A stretch of DNA of 24,176 bases from Promethearchaeota archaeon (lineage in GTDB: Archaea > Asgardarchaeota > Lokiarchaeia > Sigyniarchaeales > SOKP01), in the NCBI GenBank assembly GCA_048941265.1, contig JBHLNT010000057.1, forward strand, positions 1 through 24,176. Reading direction: 5' to 3'. The translations under genes and the position numbers were made by a program. Below the pieces are notes generated by a model that saw only the letters and a list, made by a program, of their open reading frames with translations, did no database searches and was not told the DNA's origin. Position 1 is the stretch's first letter, and each line of letters opens with the position of its first letter. Positions 18,485-24,176 of this stretch are shown here, in pieces.

Positions 18485-18736
18485 CTAATAATATCTTTTA
18501 TCATTATCTAATTCATGATGAGGTTTACGCTTTTCATCCTTAAATTCCTGAACTTTCTGTCGAAATTGCTTGCGTTTCTCTACAATTCCAAGTCCACTGT
18601 TGTCTAATAATTCTTGTAATTTTACACTATACTCCTCAACAGAAAGTTTAAGATCGAAAATGGAATCAAAATCAACTTTTTGAGCTAATTTTTCTTCATC
18701 ACTAATTTTTCTCTCTTCCCTCTCATCTTCACTCAT
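18485..18736 (-). CDS. Small, highly charged hypothetical protein
   Basis: ORF from ATG 18736 (MSEDEREERK...), or TTG 18763. E/K/R-rich and helical-looking. Convergent with the HEAT gene, 1 nt apart. Confidence 0.65.
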   Translation of the reverse strand: MSEDEREERKISDEEKLAQKVDFDSIFDLKLSVEEYSVKLQELLDNSGLGIVEKRKQFRQKVQEFKDEKRKPHHELDNDKRYY

Positions 18737-18943
18737 TCGAACATCATCCGCTTTTCTTAACAATCTTGAATAATAGTTATTTTAATATTATGGAATTACG
18801 TTATTCAAAATATAGGTTTTTATCCTAATATAATCGAATATAATTCTTAAGATTTATCTTAGAATTAAGGCTTTAAAATATTTTCCATTGGTTCGAGATA
18901 GTTCTTAAAATGAGTACCTCACTTTAATAATATTTATAACCCT

Positions 18944-19534
18944 TTATTGCCGTTTGGTTTTGTTATAGTCTTTTCTAATAATGTTAGATAAACCATTCCT
19001 TAAAGTATATAAACTGATGTCGATTCTATTATTTTCTAGAGTAATATTAGGGACTCTATTTTTTTGCTCTTGTAAAATATTATTAAAATCAAAGTCTTCG
19101 TCCTCGGGGGAGCTAAAAAAAATATGATATAACGTACCTATTTCAAACTCTTCTATTTCACTTTTAAACAAATTTCTTAGGATTTGGTCATATCTCTGAA
19201 AAAATAGAAAAATGCAAGCATCTACTGCAATTTCATAATCCGGAAATTGGGCATTCCCCAAGTATTTAAGATAATGAGAGCGCATTTTATTCGCTCTAAT
19301 CCATTCAAAAGCAAAGTCCAAGAGTTCTCGTTGTATATTTAATTTATCCTTATAATATTCAAGGACAATGAGGACCTCTTGCATTGTAGTACCTATTGAT
19401 TGACCGTTCAGGAATTTAGCTATAATTTGAATAGGAGTAAAACCTTGAAATTGGTTGGCAATTCTTTCATAATAACTATATAATCTATTTTTGTCAATTT
19501 TAAAGATTAGTATATATTCTATATCTTCAATCAT
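18944..19534 (-). CDS. Uncharacterised array protein B, copy 1 (all-helical, ~196 aa)
   Basis: Paralog of the ORFs at 20773-21831 and 23040-23624, sharing KID..RL...YERI.NQ, KFL..QSIG, LD.AFEW.R, AQ[FY]P, D.CI..FF..YD, LY..FFS and TLR.GLS..I..DY. ATG at 19534 follows GGTGGTGA. Confidence 0.88.
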   Translation of the reverse strand: MIEDIEYILIFKIDKNRLYSYYERIANQFQGFTPIQIIAKFLNGQSIGTTMQEVLIVLEYYKDKLNIQRELLDFAFEWIRANKMRSHYLKYLGNAQFPDYEIAVDACIFLFFQRYDQILRNLFKSEIEEFEIGTLYHIFFSSPEDEDFDFNNILQEQKNRVPNITLENNRIDISLYTLRNGLSNIIRKDYNKTKRQ

Positions 19535-19538
19535 GGAT

Positions 19539-19546
19539 TCACCACC
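19539..19546 (-). promoter_or_regulatory. Shine-Dalgarno-like GGTGGTGA overlapping the stop of A1, for B1
   Basis: Minus strand reads ...GGG TGG TGA ATCC ATG. The same 8-mer occurs at the MscS junction. Confidence 0.55.
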
Positions 19547-20600
19547 CAAAATCAAGGTCGTTTTTAATTTTTTCTAGTTCTTCATCTGAAAGCGTATCCC
19601 AATTATCGAATGGGTTGATTTTTGAGTTGATTTTAATGATAGATTTTTCCATATTCTTATTCTTGTCTAAAATAAATCTTAATTGTTTCTTGTAGAAAGC
19701 TAAATTATGTGCTTCTTTAATAAATTCATTTTCTGAAATCAAAATGACACCAAAACTCCGTTTTGTCTTATCTTCCAAGAGAAATTCTTCTAAATAAATA
19801 ACTTTTTTTTTTTGATTGCTTAACCTTATTAATCTGATATTAGGATAAATGCTAGTTTTGTTGAATAAAGTTAATGTTTCATTTATTCGATTTTCATAGT
19901 AAGTTGGTAATATAGACATTACATAAAAAGAAGGAATAAAATCTAATGAGGCAAATCTTAGTGGATCGTCTACATCAAATGTATAAAGATTTGAAACGAC
20001 ATTAGCGATCTTTGGTTCAATAGTATTTCTCCTTTCAATGAATCCTACACAGCTATATTTTTGTTGCTCCTCCCAATACATTTTCCTTGCGGATCCAAGA
20101 AAATAATTAATCACATTAACTCCACGTTTTAATTCTTTGCGGATAAAATCTTGAAACTCAAAATTCTCTCCCTTAATTGATTCGTTGGCAATTTTCCCTT
20201 GAACGATACCTGGATGGATGAAAGTTGTGACTAAATTATGGATAATTTTAACATCTTCAGTATAGGGAGATCCAATAATAGCAAAAAGGTTTGAAACTCC
20301 CCCTTCAGTTTCAATAGAGGAATTTACACTAAAGAAAGATTGTAACAAATCCACATCAATTGTCCTTTCTTGATGTTGAGATAAGAAAGCTTCAAGTAAT
20401 TCGATTTTCCAACCTTTTCCAATTTCTATTTTGGAAGTCAAAAATAGGGGTCCTAAAAACCGTAATGAAAGCATTTTTAATTGTTTACGATTTAATTCAG
20501 TTAAATCTTTTTCCACACTCTCTGATAATTTAATATTATCAAATACTATGTTATTCTCATCTGAGTAGAATAGCCCTAAGATTAGATCTGTAGTTTTCAT
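19539..20600 (-). CDS. Uncharacterised array protein A, copy 1 (353 aa, alpha/beta, possibly double longin-like)
   Basis: Full-length paralog of 21839-22870 and 23647-24176, sharing ILGLF.SD, FLGP.FL, LQSFFS.NSSI, GVSNLF..IGSP.TED, RK.YWE.Q, DPLR, IPS[FY]Y.M.ILP.YYEN.I..TL.LFNKTS, YLEE[FY] and S[FY]G.IL. The fold is inferred only. Confidence 0.88.
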   Translation of the reverse strand: MKTTDLILGLFYSDENNIVFDNIKLSESVEKDLTELNRKQLKMLSLRFLGPLFLTSKIEIGKGWKIELLEAFLSQHQERTIDVDLLQSFFSVNSSIETEGGVSNLFAIIGSPYTEDVKIIHNLVTTFIHPGIVQGKIANESIKGENFEFQDFIRKELKRGVNVINYFLGSARKMYWEEQQKYSCVGFIERRNTIEPKIANVVSNLYTFDVDDPLRFASLDFIPSFYVMSILPTYYENRINETLTLFNKTSIYPNIRLIRLSNQKKKVIYLEEFLLEDKTKRSFGVILISENEFIKEAHNLAFYKKQLRFILDKNKNMEKSIIKINSKINPFDNWDTLSDEELEKIKNDLDFGW

Positions 20601-20772
20601 TAGAATTGTTTTGTTAATGATCTGATATAGTTAAATCGCCTATATATATCATACTAATTTAAATCATATTTTAAAGTTCCTAAGGTTTAGAAAAAACCAA
20701 ATTAGTTTTTTATTTAAAATTTTAAATTGAAGTTTAAAATACCAAAAATCATTTATTACGTAAACTTCGTTT

Positions 20773-21831
20773 TTATTTAAATAAATTGCTATAAAAATCT
20801 TTTAAAAAATCAGTAAGTACCGGTTTTAAATCATTTACCCAAGCAGCTCCATCTAGTCGTTTATTTTGATTTACTGAACGAAATTCTTTGATTGAGTCTG
20901 AAATATTGTTTTTTAGAATTTCAATAGAATAGGATGATTTTATCCTTTCAGTTAGTCCTAAGTTGATGTATTCAGCCAAATTATTAATTAATAAAGGTTC
21001 GAATTCCTCGAAAATGTAAAATGTTCCAAATTTAAAATATGAATTTAAGAAATTAGTAATCGAACCCTCCAATGTTTTTGGTTGGATTTCTAACTTATTA
21101 AAACAATAAGTCTTAATTATTCTTTCGATGTTAGTACCATTAAATTCGCAAGAAGTTTCAGGAGTCTGCGTAATCTGGGTCGAAATTTCAGAATATTTCG
21201 TTTTTTCTTCTTCTCTTCTCGCAAATAATACATTTTCATAATCCTTTACTATAATATTAGATAATCCTTCTCTTAATGTCATAATTCTTGTATCTATTTT
21301 AAGAGAACCAGAGTAATGGGTTGGAATATTATGGATATGGTGCTGTATTATATCTTCTATTATAAGATTCTTTTTATCGAAAGGACTAAAAAATATCTCA
21401 TAAAGCGCACTAAAATTATATTCACGAAGCTCTTTTTTAAACAATTTCCTAATAAAATTATCATAGTCTAAAAAAAACCGATAGATGCAATCATCAATTG
21501 CTAAACATAAATCATTATTTGGGTATTGTGCTCTTATCAGATATTTTTTGTACTCTAATCGTATTTTTTGAGCCCTTAACCATTCAAAAGCTAAATCCAA
21601 TAATCTTTTTCCAGCGAAAATTTTATCTTCAAAATATTTTAAGGTATTATAAACCTCATCAAATGATGCACCAATAGATTGATTGTTTAAAAATTTTGTA
21701 ATGGTATTAATTGTCTTAGTTTCTCCTTTACTCTGATTTTTAATTCGTTCATAATACTTTAATAAACGCTCTCTATCGATTTTATAGATGTCTTCATATC
21801 TCGTATCATTCATATTATTCAAAATTTCCAA
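20773..21831 (-). CDS. Uncharacterised array protein B, copy 2, with ~150-aa C-terminal extension
   Basis: Residues ~15-198 align with B1 and B3 and are followed by a further ~150 aa. TTG start at 21831 or ATG at 21813. Confidence 0.88.
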   Translation of the reverse strand: MEILNNMNDTRYEDIYKIDRERLLKYYERIKNQSKGETKTINTITKFLNNQSIGASFDEVYNTLKYFEDKIFAGKRLLDLAFEWLRAQKIRLEYKKYLIRAQYPNNDLCLAIDDCIYRFFLDYDNFIRKLFKKELREYNFSALYEIFFSPFDKKNLIIEDIIQHHIHNIPTHYSGSLKIDTRIMTLREGLSNIIVKDYENVLFARREEEKTKYSEISTQITQTPETSCEFNGTNIERIIKTYCFNKLEIQPKTLEGSITNFLNSYFKFGTFYIFEEFEPLLINNLAEYINLGLTERIKSSYSIEILKNNISDSIKEFRSVNQNKRLDGAAWVNDLKPVLTDFLKDFYSNLFK

Positions 21832-21838
21832 ATATTTT

Positions 21839-22870
21839 TCAATTCTTACTATTATCGAGAATTGCTGATATATGATTAAGACCCTCGTCAGTTTGAGTTT
21901 CCCACTTCTTAAGTTTAAAATTCACATTGAAGAGTTTTAAAATTTCACTTAATTCTTTATTCCCATCTAAAATTAACCTTAAATTCTTTTTAAAGAAAGA
22001 AAATTTTTTAGGTGTACTTAATATTTCATCAACCTGTACTAAAATTGCCCCATAACTTCTCTTAGTTTTAGCTTCAATATGAAATTCTTCTAAATAAATT
22101 ACTTTTTTAGTTTGATTACTAAGATCAATTGATCTAATATTAGCGAATACGCTAGTCTTATTAAACAGTTTTAAAGTCTCACCTATTAGATTTTCATAAT
22201 AATCTGGTAAAATACACATGATATAATATGAAGGTATTAAATTTATCGCCTTTTTCCTTAAAGGATCATTTTCATCATATGTATATAAATTTGATACTTT
22301 ACTTCTTTCTGTAATAATTCTTTCAATTAAACCTACACAAGAGTAGTTATGTTGTTTTTCCCAATAAATCTTTCGTGTAGATCCAAGAGAATAATCTATA
22401 AGATGAAGCCCTCGAATTAATTCTGATTTTATAAATTTATGGAAGAGAAATTTATTCCCTAAAAGATCTTCATTCACAATTTTACCTTGTAGTATGCTCG
22501 GATGGACAAATTTTGTTAGGATGTTATAAATATCTTTAATATCTTCGGTGTGTGGACTTCCGATTAAAGTAAATAGATTAGAGACTCCTTCTTCGGACTT
22601 TATCGATGAATTAAGACTAAAAAACGATTGTAAAATATCAGAAAGCCTCCCCTGATAATGAGACAGAGAAGATTCAATTTTCTCAATCTTCCAGGTATCT
22701 CCATTGCTACTTGCTGCAGTTAAAAAAATAGGCCCTAAAAACTTATACGAGAGCATATTAAGTTGATTTTTACTCTCTTCAGATAAATTTTCAGAAAATT
22801 TGATATTATCATAAATTAAATTATCTTTATCAGAAAAGAACAGTCCCAATATTCTTTCGTCGTCTTTCAT
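21839..22870 (-). CDS. Uncharacterised array protein A, copy 2 (343 aa)
   Basis: Colinear with A1 from the N-terminus (ILGLFFSDKDNLIYDNIK) to the C-terminus (WETQTDEGL). Confidence 0.88.
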   Translation of the reverse strand: MKDDERILGLFFSDKDNLIYDNIKFSENLSEESKNQLNMLSYKFLGPIFLTAASSNGDTWKIEKIESSLSHYQGRLSDILQSFFSLNSSIKSEEGVSNLFTLIGSPHTEDIKDIYNILTKFVHPSILQGKIVNEDLLGNKFLFHKFIKSELIRGLHLIDYSLGSTRKIYWEKQHNYSCVGLIERIITERSKVSNLYTYDENDPLRKKAINLIPSYYIMCILPDYYENLIGETLKLFNKTSVFANIRSIDLSNQTKKVIYLEEFHIEAKTKRSYGAILVQVDEILSTPKKFSFFKKNLRLILDGNKELSEILKLFNVNFKLKKWETQTDEGLNHISAILDNSKN

Positions 22871-23039
22871 TTGAAGATTATTATAATTAAAGTCTTTTTA
22901 TCCCTAATTTGCTAGTTAATTAATCAATAAATTGTATAATTTTAAGTTTAAGTTTTTAGAAAATGTACTTTTTTTTTATAGAACAAATTTTCTTTAGTAT
23001 TTTACACTTTCTCACGAATTTTATTTATAAAAATGAATT

Positions 23040-23624
23040 TTATTTAACATAATCTTCTTTTATAACTTCTGATAGGCCATTTCGTAAGGTAATTATACTT
23101 GTATCGATTCTTTTAGTTTCTTTAAAAAAAGTAGGAACGATGCTTTTATGTTCTTCTAGAACTTTAATTATATTGATATTTTTACTGTCTGGGCTAAAAA
23201 ATGTTTCATAAAGCGCACTTATTTCATACTCTTTTATATCTTTTTTAAGTATTTGCCTAAGTCGCTTATCATAATGTAGGAAAAAGAGAAAAATGCAATC
23301 ATCAATAGCTAAATCTAAATTCGGATACTGTGCTTGATTAAGGTGTTTTTTATATTCTAAACGGATACTTTGACCTCTTATCCATTCAAAAGCTAGATCT
23401 AACACACTAACATTTTCGCTTATTTTCTCTTTATAATAATTAAGAACCATTAAAACTTGACCATATGAGTTTCCAATAGATTGGCTGAGTAAAAATTTTG
23501 CTATTATTTCAGTTTGAGATAAGTCGGGCGATTGATTTCTAATTCTTTCATAGTGGGTATTCAAACGTTTCTCATCTATCTTATAAATTTGATGAAATTC
23601 TTTATTTTCCATATTAATACTCAT
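23040..23624 (-). CDS. Uncharacterised array protein B, copy 3
   Basis: All B motifs are present. ATG at 23624 or 23612 preferred over TTG 23657, which overlaps A3. Confidence 0.87.
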   Translation of the reverse strand: MSINMENKEFHQIYKIDEKRLNTHYERIRNQSPDLSQTEIIAKFLLSQSIGNSYGQVLMVLNYYKEKISENVSVLDLAFEWIRGQSIRLEYKKHLNQAQYPNLDLAIDDCIFLFFLHYDKRLRQILKKDIKEYEISALYETFFSPDSKNINIIKVLEEHKSIVPTFFKETKRIDTSIITLRNGLSEVIKEDYVK

Positions 23625-23646
23625 TATTTTCAAATTTTTACTAGAT

Positions 23647-24176
23647 TTAACAATCAAAGCATTTTTTTATATTATCTAAATCTTCTTCTGATTCAGTAGG
23701 CCAACTTTCGAATACGAAATTTTCATTTATAATGAAAAGAACATCTCTTAGTTCCTTATGGGCGTCTAAAACACTTCTTAAATTTCTTTTAAAGAAGGAT
23801 AAATTTTTACCTTCCTCAATATTTAGAACCTCAGGTATCAAGATAACACCATAGGACTTCTTGATACCCTCTTCAACCACATATTCTTCTAAATAGAGAA
23901 CTTTCTTTTCTTGATAACTCAATTTGATGGTTCTAATATTTGAAAATACACTTGTTTTATTAAATAATTTAAGCGTATCATTAATTAAATTTTCATAATA
24001 TTCAGGCAAGATGCTCATAACATAAAACGATGGAATATATGGTAAGACATATTTCCTTAAAGGATCCTCTCTATCAAATGAATAAAAATTAGAGATTCTG
24101 TGTTTTTCATCAATGATTCTCTCTATAATTCCAATACAGTAATATTTTTGCTGTTCTTCCCAATAAACTTTTCTTG
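23647..24176 (-). CDS. Uncharacterised array protein A, copy 3, 5'-truncated by the window edge
   Basis: The frame stays open beyond the ORF-track start (24018) to the window end. Manual translation RKVYWEEQQKYYCIGIIERIIDEKHRISNFYSFDREDPLRKYVLPYIPSFYVMSILPEYY matches A1 and A2. Confidence 0.88.
   Translation of the reverse strand, partial: RKVYWEEQQKYYCIGIIERIIDEKHRISNFYSFDREDPLRKYVLPYIPSFYVMSILPEYYENLINDTLKLFNKTSVFSNIRTIKLSYQEKKVLYLEEYVVEEGIKKSYGVILIPEVLNIEEGKNLSFFKRNLRSVLDAHKELRDVLFIINENFVFESWPTESEEDLDNIKKCFDC

Larger units (their letters stand above)
18944..24176 (-). repeat. Tandem array of at least three diverged two-gene (A-B) modules
   Basis: Order on the minus strand is A3-B3 / A2-B2 / A1-B1, with protein-level homology among copies. 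Inter-module spacers are 169 bp (22871-23039) and 172 bp (20601-20772). Confidence 0.93.

Noticed and set aside
21913-21919. TTTAAAC slippery-heptamer-like sequence near the end of A2 (minus strand)
   Set aside because: This motif promotes -1 shifts whereas reaching B needs +1, it is absent at the other junctions, and it is expected by chance in AT-rich DNA.
18944-24176. Array as a diversity-generating retroelement, CRISPR array, prophage or assembly duplication
   Set aside because: No reverse transcriptase, no near-identical TR/VR pair, no short regularly spaced repeats and no phage or integrase genes are visible. The copies are far too diverged (~50% aa) to be an assembly artefact.

Overview
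AT-rich, gene-dense prokaryotic DNA. Stand-alone ADP-forming acyl-CoA synthetase alpha subunits, GGTGA-type ribosome-binding sites and fatty-acid enzymes suggest an archaeon, plausibly Asgard/Lokiarchaeia; this is inference, as the window has no marker gene. The first ~18.8 kb is mostly ordinary metabolic and transport genes: 5'-truncated dihydrolipoamide dehydrogenase, an internally duplicated membrane protein, CorA, two tandem MscS paralogs, an M29 aminopeptidase, an acyl-CoA synthetase and enoyl-CoA hydratase, a GH4 glycosidase with a double GNAT, YjbQ with a GNAT, a DUF6125-like protein, two AcdA paralogs converging on a ferredoxin, and a HEAT-repeat protein. A small transporter remnant with a perfect hairpin lies at ~6.9 kb. 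The standout is the last 5.2 kb (18944-24176, minus strand): a head-to-tail array of at least three intact, diverged copies of an unrecognised two-gene module. Gene A (~350 aa) may have a double longin/uDENN-like fold, and gene B has a ~190 aa all-helical core. The spacers are of similar length and share a motif, the A-to-B reading phase is the same in all copies, and one B copy has an extra domain. The array runs off the right edge. I saw no rRNA, tRNA, CRISPR array, transposase or integrase.
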